Below are positions 34,151 to 45,143 of a stretch of DNA of 64,000 bases, piece after piece. The DNA comes from an uncultured Gemmatimonadales bacterium. Lineage in GTDB: Bacteria > Gemmatimonadota > Gemmatimonadetes > Gemmatimonadales > GWC2-71-9. The notes beneath the pieces are model-generated. The model had not been told where the DNA came from. It did not search any database and saw only the letters and a program-made list of their open reading frames with translations. The translations under genes were made by a program, and so were the position numbers. The stretch is from positions 160,001 through 224,000 of the forward strand of contig CAVUAK010000002.1 in assembly GCA_963739455.1 (NCBI GenBank), read 5' to 3'. Each line of letters starts with the position of its first letter. Position 1 is the first letter of the stretch.

Positions 34151-35317
34151 GAATCCTCTTTCTCAAAGGGTCCCTGAATGCGGGGCCGCCCATCGAACCG
34201 ATGCCAGCGCCCGCGCGCCATCACGTGCCGTACCGCATTGTCGGCCTGCAGTACCACGAGGTCGGCGTCAGCACCGACCTCGAGCCTGCCCTTCCCGGGG
34301 AGCCGCAGGAGCTCCGCCACGTTGCTCGTGAACGGCGGCAGCACCTGCTCCAGCGGACGCCCGCGCGCGAGCAGCGCACTGAGCGTGACTCATGAGCGCA
34401 CCAGGCGCGCCCACGTCCATTCCCGACACCCGACCATCGCTGTCGAACCGCGGCAGGCACCCACCACCATCCGAGCTCACCGTCACCCGCTCGGCGGGCA
34501 GGCCGGCATCCCAGTAGCGCTCCAGCGCATCCTCGGCCGCCCAGGCATCCTCACCATCCTCCACCGGGAATGCCGTGATGTCGATGGTCGGGCCGCGCTC
34601 CACCAGCGCCATGGCCTCGGCGAAGAGCGCCTTCCTGCGATTGACGTGCGTCGGGTTGAACACCCGCGCCGGCAACTCGCTCGTGTCGAGCGCCTGGCGC
34701 ACCAGCTCGAGACCGCGCGTGCCGTCGCCCACATGCAGGTGCACGATGCCGGCCTTGCCGCTCATGAGCCCGCCCACGTGCGCCTCGGAAGCGAGGCGCA
34801 GCAGGTCGTCCAGGGTGGGCTGGCTCGATCGATGATCGCTGATCGCCACCTCGCCAACCCCGATGATCTCATCGATGAGCGCGATGTCGCCACGCACGGT
34901 GCCGCTGAGCGTCGTCGGCGGCAGGTGGTAGCCGCCGGTGTGGCACCAGGCGGACAACCCGAGCTGCCTGAGGCCACGCGCCACGGTGACCAGTTCCGCT
35001 GTGGTGCGCACCGCATCGTCGGTGCCGAGCACCCCGATCGCGGTGGTGATACCACCTGCGGTAAGCGCGGTGACCTTGAGCGGTGGCACCCGGGTATGCG
35101 GACCCGCCTCGCCGCCGCCGCCCGTGAGGTGCACATGCCCGTCGATGAGGCCGGGGATGACGCGCAGTCCGCCGAGATCCATCTCGGCCACACCGAGCGC
35201 CGCCGGAAGATCCGGGAGCCGGGAAGCCATGGCGACGATCGTTCCGCCGGCAATGAGCAGGTCCTGGCGGCCGAGCCGCTCAGGAGCGTACAGCTCCGCC
35301 TGACGGAGGACGATCAT
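34147..35317 (-). CDS. iadA: Isoaspartyl dipeptidase (beta-aspartyl peptidase); frameshift near 34385
   Basis: IDGHVHLTGGGGEAG, GVLGTD, GEVAISDHRSSQP, HVGDG, PTHVNR, SSDGGG. Confidence 0.93.
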
Positions 35318-35388
35318 CGATGACAGCGGCTGCTCCGGGAAGGTTTATTCAATTTACCCAAGCGACCCCGCGTCGTGTAGCTTGGAGC

Positions 35389-36552
35389 ATGCCACTCCGG
35401 TACCGGGGCCTCGCCGGCCCCCTTCTCTTGTCCGTCACGGCCTTCTCCCTGGTGGCAGCCGGCCCGGCCGCGGCCCAGATACGGATGTCCGGACCCGCAA
35501 CCGTCGCCCTGATGACGGGCAGCGACGACGTCCGCTACGCTGTCTATGAGGTGGAACTCACCAACTACCGCGGGATGCCGATCCTGCTCACGCGCGTGAG
35601 CTTCCACTTCGATTCATCCGCTGCCGAGATCGTTGGGTATCCGGATACGTCACTTTCGCCGTTGCTGCAGCGGCCGGGGCAGCCGACTACCCCGGAACCG
35701 AGACTGCTTGCGCCCGGCGCCCTTACCGTCCTCTACGCCTGGGTGCCATTGCCACCGGGGAGCTTGGCGGACCGGACGATCTGGACCCGGGTGGGCGCCG
35801 AGCCGCGCGCGCCTGATGGCTCCGCCGCCGTGAAATTCACCACGATTGCGGTGTGGGGCGCACCGGTCCGCATTCTCGCCACGAGCCCTCGCGTGCTCGC
35901 CGCGCCCCTGACGGGCGGGCCCTGGCTGGCGGCCAATGGACCCAGTTCCGCGTCGGCGCACCGCCGGGCGCGCTTCGTCTTCGACAGTGAGCCATGGGAT
36001 GCCCAGCGATTCGCCATCGATTGGGTGAAGGTGAACACTGCCGGCAAGACCTTCGAGGGCGACTCCACGAAGAACGCGAACTATCTGGCATACGGCGCAC
36101 CGCTTCTTGCCGTGTCCAATGGCGTCGTGCTCGGCTTCGTCGATACACTTCCAGAGAACGTGCCGAACAGTGACAAGATCGCAATTGCAGTCACACGGGA
36201 GACGGTGGCCGGGAATCGGCTCTTGCTCAAGGTGGGCGACAGCGCGGTCGTGCTGTACGCTCACCTCCAGCCGCACAGCGTGAAGGTGAAGGAAGGGCAG
36301 AAGGTGAAGAAGGGTGACGTCCTCGCGCTCCTCGGCAACTCGGGCAACTCCTCCGAGCCGCACCTGCACATTCACCTCGCCACCGGCAGCAACATTCACG
36401 ACGTGCTCACCGGGGATGGCCTGCCCTACGCCATGCCCTCCGCGTCGATCATTGGCCAGTGCGCCGCGTTCGGCGCCGAGTGCACCCCGACCGCCCCACG
36501 ACCAGAGGGCAAGACCATGCCGCTCGAAAACGTGCTCGTCGAGTTCCCGTGA
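35389..36552 (+). CDS. Exported M23-family peptidase-domain protein
   Basis: Signal peptide, QRFAIDW, GN...YAHLQ, GNSGNSSEPHLH. Confidence 0.85.
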   Translation: MPLRYRGLAGPLLLSVTAFSLVAAGPAAAQIRMSGPATVALMTGSDDVRYAVYEVELTNYRGMPILLTRVSFHFDSSAAEIVGYPDTSLSPLLQRPGQPTTPEPRLLAPGALTVLYAWVPLPPGSLADRTIWTRVGAEPRAPDGSAAVKFTTIAVWGAPVRILATSPRVLAAPLTGGPWLAANGPSSASAHRRARFVFDSEPWDAQRFAIDWVKVNTAGKTFEGDSTKNANYLAYGAPLLAVSNGVVLGFVDTLPENVPNSDKIAIAVTRETVAGNRLLLKVGDSAVVLYAHLQPHSVKVKEGQKVKKGDVLALLGNSGNSSEPHLHIHLATGSNIHDVLTGDGLPYAMPSASIIGQCAAFGAECTPTAPRPEGKTMPLENVLVEFP

Positions 36553-36971
36553 GCCACGCCGCCAGGCTGGTCCGCCCCCTGATCGCCGTCTCACTCGCCC
36601 TCGTGATGGGCTGCCAGGGTCTCACCGGCGATTCAGCCGAGCGAGTCGCGTTCGGATTGCGCGAGGGAGCGAGCCGCCTGGGCCAGTCGCGAAGTGCCAC
36701 CGATTCCATGCCGGTCCGCATTCCAGCCCGCACATGGCCGAATGGGTGCCCGGGTGCGTATCGAGTTCAGCTGTTTGCGGATTCGGCCAAGGCGAGCGGG
36801 ATCGTCGTTTCGTGCCTGCCGAAGGGGCGCCAGTACACGACCGCCTACGCGAAGCGGTTTGTGAGGACGCCAGTGACGCTCGAGGTGGAGCGGCAGTCGG
36901 GGCAGCCGGTGGACATCATCCTGCGGAAACAGGGGAAGGACATCGAGGTCATCGGGTTCGACGAACCCTGA
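36549..36971 (+). CDS. Hypothetical lipoprotein
   Basis: GTG start overlapping the upstream TGA; lipobox VMGC. Confidence 0.6.
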   Translation: MSHAARLVRPLIAVSLALVMGCQGLTGDSAERVAFGLREGASRLGQSRSATDSMPVRIPARTWPNGCPGAYRVQLFADSAKASGIVVSCLPKGRQYTTAYAKRFVRTPVTLEVERQSGQPVDIILRKQGKDIEVIGFDEP

Positions 36972-36986
36972 GCCCTGCTACGGCAA

Positions 36987-39248
36987 CTACGCACCCGGAA
37001 TTCCCATCGCCTTGAGCAGCGCGAGATATCGCGGGTCGCTGCGCAGCGGATCCCAGAGCGGGTCCACCTTCATGTAGACGATCCACCCTCGTCGCTCGAC
37101 GCGGCTCCGCTCGGCAAATGCAAGCGCCTCATCCCACAGTCCCAGCGTTAGCGCCAGCTTGGCGTGATCGGTCGGCGACACATAGCGCGTCGCACTGAGT
37201 TCCGTGAACCGCGTCCGGATCGCCTCGGCCGCTGTCCTCCTGCCCTGCAGCACAAGGGAACGGGCGAGCACCGCGAGGAGCGCCGTATCGTCCGGTGCAA
37301 CCGTGAGGCCCTCGCGCAGCGTCGCTTCTGCGTCAACCGGACGCCCCGCCTGGTTGTACACCATCGCCAGCACGAGGATGGACTCGAGCGCCGTGGGGTT
37401 CAGGGCGAGCGCGCGCCGCATGTGCTCGATGGCCTGTTGCGAATCTCGCGCATAGAAGTGGAGCCAGCCGAGGCCCCGGCGCACCGACACCGATGCCGGA
37501 TCGAGCTCGACGGCTCGCTCCCCTGCGCGCAGCGCCTCCCCGGTGCGCCCCTGGGACGCCAGCAGCCACGCATACCACTGGTGCGCCGAGGCGTAGTTGG
37601 GGTTGGCCTTGATGGCACGCCGGAACTCCCGCTCCGCACCGGCCCAGTCCCAGTCGTGAATGAACGTGACCCACGCGAGCGAGGTGTGGGCCTCCGCCAG
37701 GCTGTCGTCGAGCGCTATGGCGCGGCGGGCAAGCTCCTTCGCGCGCTCGAATCCCTCCACGACAGGGCCGTTCCTGTAGTCCACACCGATCGCGTAGGCG
37801 TCCGCGAGCCCGCTCCACGCGAGGGCATAGTCGGCATCCTCCGCGATGGCCTGTTCAAAGAACATGATCGCCTGCTTCATGCCCTCGGCGCTGCGCTGGT
37901 TCCAGGCAAAGCGCCCGCGCAGGTACAGGTTGTACGCCCGTGCATTCTCGGTGTAGCGCCTTGGTACCGGCTCGCCCAGGTCACCGAGCAGCCGCGAGCG
38001 CAGCGTCCGCACGATGGTCGCCGTGATCGCGTCCTGGATCGCGAAAATGTCCTCGTCGTCGCGGTCGAATCGCTCCGACCAGATCAGGCGCCCGTCAGCC
38101 GCGTCACTGAGCTGAGCGGTGACGCGGATGCGATTCCCGGCCTTGCGGACCGTGCCCTCCAGCACGGTACCAACGCCCAGTAGCGCGCCGAGGCTGCGCA
38201 CGTCTTCCTTGCGTCCCTTGAGCGCGAAGGCCGACGTGCGCGATGCCACGCGCAACCCATCCACGTTCGCGAGTGCACTGATGAGCTCGTCCGTCATCCC
38301 GTCGCTCAGGTACTCGTTTTCGGCGTCGCTGGTGGCGTTGACGAACGGCAGGACCGCAATGGCTCGCCGGCGGGTGGACGCACCCTGGCTGGCCTCCACT
38401 TCTCCCGAGCGGGCCGCCAATGCGACGGCCCAGTCGGCGGCGCTCTCGTAGCGCTCACCCGGTTCCTTCGCCATCGCCCGCAGCAGGGCCACGTCCACCG
38501 GCCATGGCACATCCGGGCGGACGACCCGCACCGAGGGCGGAGGTTCCACCACGTGACGCAGCATCACCTGTCGTGCCGTGCCGCTGAACGGCGCGTGCCC
38601 GGCGAGCATCTCGAACAGCACGCAGGCAACAGCGTACTGGTCGGTGCGGCCATCGAGTTCCCGTTCACCTGCAGCCTGTTCCGGGCTCATGTACGCCGGC
38701 GTGCCGACCGCGAGACCCGGCGCCGTCGTGTTGTCATCGGTGCTGCAGGCCTCCCGCAGCGCCATGGCCACGCCAAAATCGGCTACGAGTGCGCCGCCCT
38801 CGTGCAGCAGGATGTTTTCCGGCTTGATGTCGCGATGTACGTAGCCCTGGCGATGGGCGTAGTCGAGTGCGCTGGCGACCATGCCGGCAATGCGCAACGC
38901 GTCGGCAATCGGGAGGCGTCCCTCACGGGACATCCGGTCGCGGAGGGACTCGCCCTCGATGAGCGGCATGACATAGTAGAGAAGGCCGCCTGCCTCCCCG
39001 GAGTCATGCACCGGGACGATCTGTGGATGGGTAAGCCGGGCGGCAATGCGGATCTCGCGCTCGAAGCGGCTCGCTTCCATCCGGCGGGCCTGGGCGCCGG
39101 AGAACACCTTGATCGCAACCATGCGGTCGAGTCGCAGGTCGCGCGCGAGGTAGACGATCGCCATGCCGCCCTGGCCCAGCTCGCGCTCGACCTCGTAGCG
39201 ACCGGCGAGGGCTTCATTGAGCTCAGCGACAAGCGGCGCGGATGTCAT
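36987..39248 (-). CDS. Hanks-type Ser/Thr kinase with TolB-like N module and TPR repeats
   Basis: GQGGMA, HRDIKPEN, DFG, GTPAYMSPEQ; IAVLPF.N...YLSDG; TPR helices. Confidence 0.93.
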   Translation of the reverse strand: MTSAPLVAELNEALAGRYEVERELGQGGMAIVYLARDLRLDRMVAIKVFSGAQARRMEASRFEREIRIAARLTHPQIVPVHDSGEAGGLLYYVMPLIEGESLRDRMSREGRLPIADALRIAGMVASALDYAHRQGYVHRDIKPENILLHEGGALVADFGVAMALREACSTDDNTTAPGLAVGTPAYMSPEQAAGERELDGRTDQYAVACVLFEMLAGHAPFSGTARQVMLRHVVEPPPSVRVVRPDVPWPVDVALLRAMAKEPGERYESAADWAVALAARSGEVEASQGASTRRRAIAVLPFVNATSDAENEYLSDGMTDELISALANVDGLRVASRTSAFALKGRKEDVRSLGALLGVGTVLEGTVRKAGNRIRVTAQLSDAADGRLIWSERFDRDDEDIFAIQDAITATIVRTLRSRLLGDLGEPVPRRYTENARAYNLYLRGRFAWNQRSAEGMKQAIMFFEQAIAEDADYALAWSGLADAYAIGVDYRNGPVVEGFERAKELARRAIALDDSLAEAHTSLAWVTFIHDWDWAGAEREFRRAIKANPNYASAHQWYAWLLASQGRTGEALRAGERAVELDPASVSVRRGLGWLHFYARDSQQAIEHMRRALALNPTALESILVLAMVYNQAGRPVDAEATLREGLTVAPDDTALLAVLARSLVLQGRRTAAEAIRTRFTELSATRYVSPTDHAKLALTLGLWDEALAFAERSRVERRGWIVYMKVDPLWDPLRSDPRYLALLKAMGIPGA

Positions 39249-39281
39249 GGCCGGAAAATACCTGCCGAGGCAGGAACGTGG

Positions 39282-42050
39282 TTACCCCGTGGCCCCGAAC
39301 CCCGCGGCAATCGTGCTGATCGACAGCAGTAGCGCCGAGAGCACTTCCTTCCGCTCGGCCTCGTCGGTGGCACCCCGGAACTGCCGGATGAATTGCACCT
39401 GCTGACGGCTCACCTGGTTGAGCACCGGGAGCCGCCGGCCCAGCCGCCGCAGGAACCGGGGGAACTGCTCCGCCGGCGTTGCTGCTCCGGTGACCCGCAG
39501 CACCATCTCGCGTGTCCGCTCATACTCATCGACGATGAGCCCGAAGATCGCCTCCCGCGGTTCCGCGTCAGGCACCAGCGACGCAAACTCGCGCGCGATG
39601 TCCAGGTCCACATAGGTCAGCGTCTTCTCCACCTCATCCATGATCAGGCGGAACAGGCGCGAGTCGCGGTACATCCGGCCGATGAGCGCCTCGCCCCGCG
39701 CACCGCGCACCTCGAGGAAGGTCGCGAGCCCGCTGCCGACGCCGAACCACCCCGGCACGAAATGCCGGTTCTGTGACCATGCGAAGACCCAGGGAATGGC
39801 GCGGAGGTCGGAGAGTGATCGGGCACCGAAGCGGCGCGCGGGGCGCGAACCGAGATTGAGCAGCGCAAGCTCGTCGAGCGGGCTCGCCGCCTGGTAGTAG
39901 GTGAACAGGTGCGGGTGCTCGACGAATCGGCGGTACGCTGCCTGGGCAGCGCCGGACAGGGCCTCCAGCGCCTCGTCGAATTCCCCGACCGGCGCCAGCG
40001 CCTCCTCGCGCTCCGACTTGAGCGTGTGCACCATGACGCTCGATGCCAGCAGCTCGCACTGGTACTGCGCCGTGCCGCGGTTGGCGTACTTGTAGGACAC
40101 CACCTCGCCCTGCTCGGTGATGCGCATCCGCCCCTGCACCGATCCCGCCGGCTGTGCGGCGATCGCGCGCCCCAGCGGCGCACCGCCGCGACTCACCGAG
40201 CCGCCGCGACCGTGGAAGAACACCAGCGGCACGCCCGACTCCACTCCCACACGCGTGAGCTTCCGCTGGGCCTTGCTGAGTTCCCAGTTGGAGGTGAGGA
40301 ACCCGCCGTCCTTGTTCGAGTCGGAATAGCCGATCATCACTTCCTGCACCCCGCCCTGTCCCCGCACGCTGCGCTTCACCACCGGGATTGCCAGCAGCTC
40401 CCGCATGATGCCGGGGGCCCGCTGCAGGTCATCGATCGTCTCGAAGAGCGGAACAATCGGCAGTGAACAGCGCTCCACTGCCGCCTGGTCGGCGAAGAGG
40501 CCGCCTTCCTTGGCGAGCAGGAACGCCCCGAGCACGTCACTCACCGACCGCGTCATGCTGAGCACGAAGGAGCCGAACGCCTCGCGATCCACCTCGTCGC
40601 GCTGCTCCGCCACCAGGCGGAACATGCCCAGCGTCTCCTGCTCATCGGCGGGCAGTATCACCGGCGCTTCGTCCGGCCGGCGGGGACGGGCCAGTTCCGC
40701 CAGCAGCCAGTCGCGCCATTCGTCGCTCGTCACGTCGGGCGGATCGCCGGCGGCCGGCTGGCGCACGCGCCACAGGGCATGCAGCGCTGCCGTGAGCTTG
40801 GTGGAGTTCTCCCGCAGGTCGAGTCGCGTGGTGCTGAAGCGGAACGCCTCCACCTCGCGCCGGAGCGGTGTCACCACCCGGTGCTCCAGGCCGCCGCCCA
40901 TCGCCTCCGCAAGCGCCTGCTCGAGCAGCCGCAGGTCGGCCAGCAGCAGGTCGGCGCTGGGATAGCCATCCTCGCCCGCAATTCTCCCCTGCTCTGCCGC
41001 GTGCAGCGTTGCATCAAGCCGGAGCGTCATGCATGCGAGGAACTGCCGGAACACCTCGCCGGGGTTCCGGTTCGTGATCCCGTCTCCGTCCCCACTCTGC
41101 GCCAGCGCGCGGTCGAGCGCCAAGCGGAACGCCGGCGCCACCTGCACCGCGCGATCCGAGATACTCAATCGCCTCACCAGCTCCGTGAGCCGCTGCCGGT
41201 ATCGGCGCAGGGACGCGACCCGGTTCTCGTTGAGGGTGTTTCGGGTGACTTCGTTGGTGACGAACGGGTTGCCGTCGCGGTCTCCACCCACCCACGATCC
41301 GAACTGGAAGAACGGTGAGACATTGAAGGTGACGCCAGGATAGAACTGCGCGAGCGCCAGCTCCAGGCGCTCCAGGGTCTCGGGCACCGCGTCAAACAGC
41401 GTTTCCTGGAAGAAGTGCAGGCCCCAGTACACCTCCTGGGGCACGGTCGGCTTCTCCAGCCGCAGCTCGCCCGTCATCCAGAGCAGGTCGATCTCGTCCC
41501 GCAGCTGGTCCTCGAGCGCCCGGCGCTCGCGTGGCGTCCAGCGCGGCGACTCGAGGTCCACCAGCCGACGATAGATGCGGCGGTGCTTTTCCAGCACCGT
41601 CACACGCTTCGCCTCGGTGGGATGGGCCGTGATCACGGGACGTATGCGCAGGCGCTCCAGCAGGGCCTCGATCGCGGACGCCGGCGTGTCGGTCGCCACC
41701 GCCTCGGCGAACACGCCGGCAAAGGTGCCCTTCACGCCCTCCAGGCCGCGCGCCACTTCGACCTGCCGGCGGCGACGCATCGCTGCATTCTGCTCTGCAA
41801 TGCTGAGGAGCTGAAACCAGATGCCCTGCGCCTGGAGTGCCCGCACACACCGATCGATGGGAAGGTCCAGGCCGGACGCGTCGCCGCGCACGACCGGTTC
41901 GATGTCCGGGGCCCGGACGCGAATGACGTCGACCAGCAATGTGTAGAGGAGTTCCGCGACCTCGGTGGCATACGCCGCCGCGCTCGCGGCCACCGGGTCG
42001 GCCGATGTGGGGAGGTCCGCCGACGCGAACGGGTGCAGCAGGTCGGACAT
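39282..42050 (-). CDS. ppc: Phosphoenolpyruvate carboxylase
   Basis: ITAHPTE, SWVGGDRDGNP, VPLFETI.DL, VMIGYSDSNKDGG, HGRGGSVSRGG, LRAIPWVFAWSQ. Confidence 0.97.
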   Translation of the reverse strand: MSDLLHPFASADLPTSADPVAASAAAYATEVAELLYTLLVDVIRVRAPDIEPVVRGDASGLDLPIDRCVRALQAQGIWFQLLSIAEQNAAMRRRRQVEVARGLEGVKGTFAGVFAEAVATDTPASAIEALLERLRIRPVITAHPTEAKRVTVLEKHRRIYRRLVDLESPRWTPRERRALEDQLRDEIDLLWMTGELRLEKPTVPQEVYWGLHFFQETLFDAVPETLERLELALAQFYPGVTFNVSPFFQFGSWVGGDRDGNPFVTNEVTRNTLNENRVASLRRYRQRLTELVRRLSISDRAVQVAPAFRLALDRALAQSGDGDGITNRNPGEVFRQFLACMTLRLDATLHAAEQGRIAGEDGYPSADLLLADLRLLEQALAEAMGGGLEHRVVTPLRREVEAFRFSTTRLDLRENSTKLTAALHALWRVRQPAAGDPPDVTSDEWRDWLLAELARPRRPDEAPVILPADEQETLGMFRLVAEQRDEVDREAFGSFVLSMTRSVSDVLGAFLLAKEGGLFADQAAVERCSLPIVPLFETIDDLQRAPGIMRELLAIPVVKRSVRGQGGVQEVMIGYSDSNKDGGFLTSNWELSKAQRKLTRVGVESGVPLVFFHGRGGSVSRGGAPLGRAIAAQPAGSVQGRMRITEQGEVVSYKYANRGTAQYQCELLASSVMVHTLKSEREEALAPVGEFDEALEALSGAAQAAYRRFVEHPHLFTYYQAASPLDELALLNLGSRPARRFGARSLSDLRAIPWVFAWSQNRHFVPGWFGVGSGLATFLEVRGARGEALIGRMYRDSRLFRLIMDEVEKTLTYVDLDIAREFASLVPDAEPREAIFGLIVDEYERTREMVLRVTGAATPAEQFPRFLRRLGRRLPVLNQVSRQQVQFIRQFRGATDEAERKEVLSALLLSISTIAAGFGATG

Positions 42051-43022
42051 CTAGACCACGCGGTCGCGGAGCGGCTTGCCGGAAAAGAAGAGGCGAAGGT
42101 TTTCGAGCGCTCGCATGCCCATGGCGGCACGGGTTTCCCGTGTGGCGCTCCCCAGGTGCGGGAGGAGGACCACGTTCTCCATGGTGAGCAGCGCCGGCGT
42201 CACCACCGGCTCGCGCTCGAACACGTCGAGACCTGCGCCGGCGATCTGCCCCGACTGGAGCGCAGCAACCAGGGCGGCCTCATCCACCACGTCACCGCGA
42301 GCGGTGTTGATGAGGAATGCCGACTTCCGCATGCGGCCAAACCGTTCGGCATTCATGAGGTGCCGCGTCTCCGGCGTGGCGGGACAGTGCAGCGACACGA
42401 AATCGCTGCGCTCCAGGACCTCCTCGAGCGACCCGAGTCCTTCGGCGCCGAGTGCAGCCGCTTCCTGCGGTGATGGCGGGAACGGGTCGTGGAACAGCAC
42501 CTTCATGCCGAAGCCGTGGTGTGCCCGTCGCGCCACGGCGCGCGCGATACGGCCCATGCCGATGAGGCCAAGGGTCTTTCCGCTGACCTGCGTACCGATC
42601 ATGTGCGTCGGGCGCCAGCCCGTCCACTGTCCTGCCCGCAGGTGCCGCTCGCCCTCGCCTGTGCGGCGCGCCACGGTGAGCAGCAGGATCATCGCAATGT
42701 CGGCGGTGGCATCGGTGAGCACGTCGGGGGTGTTCGACACCGAGAGCCCGCGCGCCTTTGCGGCGTTCACGTCGATATGGTTGAACCCTACCCCGAAGTT
42801 GGCCAGGAGCCGTGCCCGCAGGGGCTCCGTCGCCAGCACATCGGCGGTGAACTTGTCGGTCACCGTCGGCAGGATCGCGTCCGCCGAGCGGAGTGCCTCC
42901 TGCAGCTGGTCCGGCGTCAGCGGCTTGTCGTCCGGGTTGAGTCGCGCGTCGAAATCCTTCTGCAACTCCGCTTCCACCTCGGCCGGCAGCTTGCGCGTCA
43001 CCACCACAACGGGGCGGCTCAC
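42051..43022 (-). CDS. hprA: D-glycerate dehydrogenase / hydroxypyruvate (glyoxylate) reductase
   Basis: NTPDVLTDATAD, GMGRIA, INTARG, GLDVFE.EP, LPHLGSAT; symbol assigned from serine-cycle context. Confidence 0.8.
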   Translation of the reverse strand: MSRPVVVVTRKLPAEVEAELQKDFDARLNPDDKPLTPDQLQEALRSADAILPTVTDKFTADVLATEPLRARLLANFGVGFNHIDVNAAKARGLSVSNTPDVLTDATADIAMILLLTVARRTGEGERHLRAGQWTGWRPTHMIGTQVSGKTLGLIGMGRIARAVARRAHHGFGMKVLFHDPFPPSPQEAAALGAEGLGSLEEVLERSDFVSLHCPATPETRHLMNAERFGRMRKSAFLINTARGDVVDEAALVAALQSGQIAGAGLDVFEREPVVTPALLTMENVVLLPHLGSATRETRAAMGMRALENLRLFFSGKPLRDRVV

Positions 43023-43930
43023 ACCTTCACCGTTGTCTTGCTGCTGCGCGACGCGAGCGCCTTTGCTACCGTGGTGCCCAGCTCCGCCGGGCTCGGCGCG
43101 ACCGTCAGGCCCAGCGAGCGCATGATCTCCGCCTTCTCGGCCGCCGTATCGCCGAATGCCGAGATGATGGCGCCCGCGTGGCCCATGCGCCGGCCCTTCG
43201 GCGCGGTGAGACCTGCCACATAGCCGACCACGGGCTTCTTCATGTTCTCCTTGACGAACTGCGCGGCCTCGGCTTCCTGTGGCCCGCCAATCTCGCCGAT
43301 CATCATGACGGCGTCGGTCTCAGGATCCTCCTCGAACAGCTTGAGGACGTCGAGGAACGAGCTGCCGTTGATCGGGTCGCCACCGATGCCAACACTGGTC
43401 GTGATGCCGATGCCCAGGGCCTTCATCTGGGACGCCGCCTCATAGCCCAGTGTGCCCGAGCGCGATACGACACCCACGTTGCCCTGCATGTAGATGTGGC
43501 CCGGCATGATCCCCATCATCGCCTTGCCCGGCGAGATGACGCCCGCGCAGTTGGGACCGACGAGCATGGTCCGCTTCTCCTTGGGGAAGCGCAGCATGTA
43601 GCGCTTCACCATCATCATGTCCTGCGCCGGGATGCCATCGGTGATGGCCACGACGAACTTGATGCCCGCCGCCGCGGCTTCCATGATGCTGTCGGCGCAG
43701 AATGCCGCCGGCACGAACACGAGGCTCGCCGTGGCGCCCGCCTGCTGCACCGCTTCCTTCACGGTGTTGAAGACCGGCCGGTCGAGGTGCTTCGCGCCGC
43801 CCTTGCCGGGCGTGACGCCGCCCACGACGTTCGTGCCGTAGGCGATCATCTCCTTCGCGTGGAAGGTCGCCTTGTCGCCCGTGAAGCCCTGGACGATGAC
43901 GCGCGTGGTTCCGTCGATCAGGATGCTCAT
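43019..43930 (-). CDS. mtkB: Malate--CoA ligase (malate thiokinase) alpha subunit
   Basis: SucD fold with MtkB-type segments 'GDKATFHAKEMIAYG', 'DGIPAQDMM.VKRY..R.PKEKRT', 'GGDPINGSSF'; MGHAGA. Confidence 0.88.
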   Translation of the reverse strand: MSILIDGTTRVIVQGFTGDKATFHAKEMIAYGTNVVGGVTPGKGGAKHLDRPVFNTVKEAVQQAGATASLVFVPAAFCADSIMEAAAAGIKFVVAITDGIPAQDMMMVKRYMLRFPKEKRTMLVGPNCAGVISPGKAMMGIMPGHIYMQGNVGVVSRSGTLGYEAASQMKALGIGITTSVGIGGDPINGSSFLDVLKLFEEDPETDAVMMIGEIGGPQEAEAAQFVKENMKKPVVGYVAGLTAPKGRRMGHAGAIISAFGDTAAEKAEIMRSLGLTVAPSPAELGTTVAKALASRSSKTTVKV

Positions 43931-43933
43931 GGG

Positions 43934-45131
43934 TCAGGCCCTCCCCGCCGCAGTAGACCGCCCCTTCGCGTCATTCATTGCCTTCACCACTCGCTCCGCC
44001 GCATCCGCCAGGGAGTCGGCGGTGATGATCGGGAAGCCCGCTGTCCTTGAGGATCTTCTGCCCCTCGACGACGTTGGTGCCGGCCAGGCGCACCACCAGC
44101 GGGATCTTCATCTGGGTCTCGCGCGCGGCCTGCACCACGCCCTGCGCCACCCAGTCGCAGCGATTGATGCCGGCGAAGATGTTGACCAGCATCGCCTCGA
44201 TCTTGGGATCGGCCAGCACCAGCCGGAACGCCGCGGCAACGCGCTCCGGGCTCGCGCCACCACCCACGTCGAGGAAGTTGGCCGGCTCGCCACCGGCGTG
44301 CTTGATCATGTCCATGGTCGCCATGGCCAGGCCGGCACCATTGATGATGCAGCCGATGTTGCCGTCGAGCGCCACGTAGTTGAGGCCGTGTTCCCCCGCC
44401 TGCGCCTCGCGCGGATCCTCTTCGGCGTAGTCGCGCAGCTCGGAGACATTGGGCCGGCGGAAGAGGGCGTTGTCGTCGAACGTCATCTTCGCGTCGAGCG
44501 CCAGCAGCGACCCGTCCTTCGTCACCACCAGCGGGTTGATCTCCACCATCGTCGCGTCGAGGTCCCGGAACGCCCGGTAGGCGCCGAGCAGCGTGGTGAC
44601 GGCACGGCTCACCTGCGCCGGCCCGAGGCCCAGCCCGAAGGCGATCTCCCGCGCCTGGAACGCCGTCATGCCGATCGCCGGCTCGACCACTTCGCGCAGG
44701 ATCGCGTTGGGCGTGTTCTTGGCGATCTCCTCGATCTCCATGCCGCCCTGTGGCGCCGCGACCACCATGATGCGCTCGCTCTTCCGGTCGAGCACCAGGC
44801 CGACGTACAGCTCGCGCTCGATCGGCACCGCCTGCTCGATATAGAGGCGGTGCACCACGCGTCCCTCGGGGCCCGTCTGGTGCGTGATCAGCCGCTTCCC
44901 CAGCAGCGCCTTGGCGCCCTGCCGCACCTCGTCCTCGGTGCTGCAGATCTTCACGCCGCCCGCCTTGCCGCGCGCGCCGGAATGGATCTGCGCCTTCACG
45001 GCCCAGCGCGTACCGCCGATTTCCGAGGCCCGGTACACCGCCTGCTCGGGACTGTAGGCCACGCCCCCGCGGGGAATGACGACGCCGAAACCGGCGAGAA
45101 GTTCCTTGGCCTGATATTCGTGGATGTCCAC
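43934..45131 (-). CDS. mtkA: Malate--CoA ligase beta subunit; frameshift near 44035
   Basis: [26 protein letters not shown], MtkA-type '[14 protein letters not shown]' (SucC has GGIVRCD). Confidence 0.9.
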
Positions 45132-45143
45132 AGAGGTCTCCGT

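Noticed and set aside
36987..39248. Ser/Thr kinase-TPR as a dedicated regulator of the serine-cycle genes
   Set aside because: This architecture is a common expanded family in such genomes; adjacency to ppc alone is not enough evidence
43019..45131. Annotation as TCA-cycle succinyl-CoA synthetase sucCD
   Set aside because: Sequence signatures and position between mcl and hpr/ppc favour malate thiokinase
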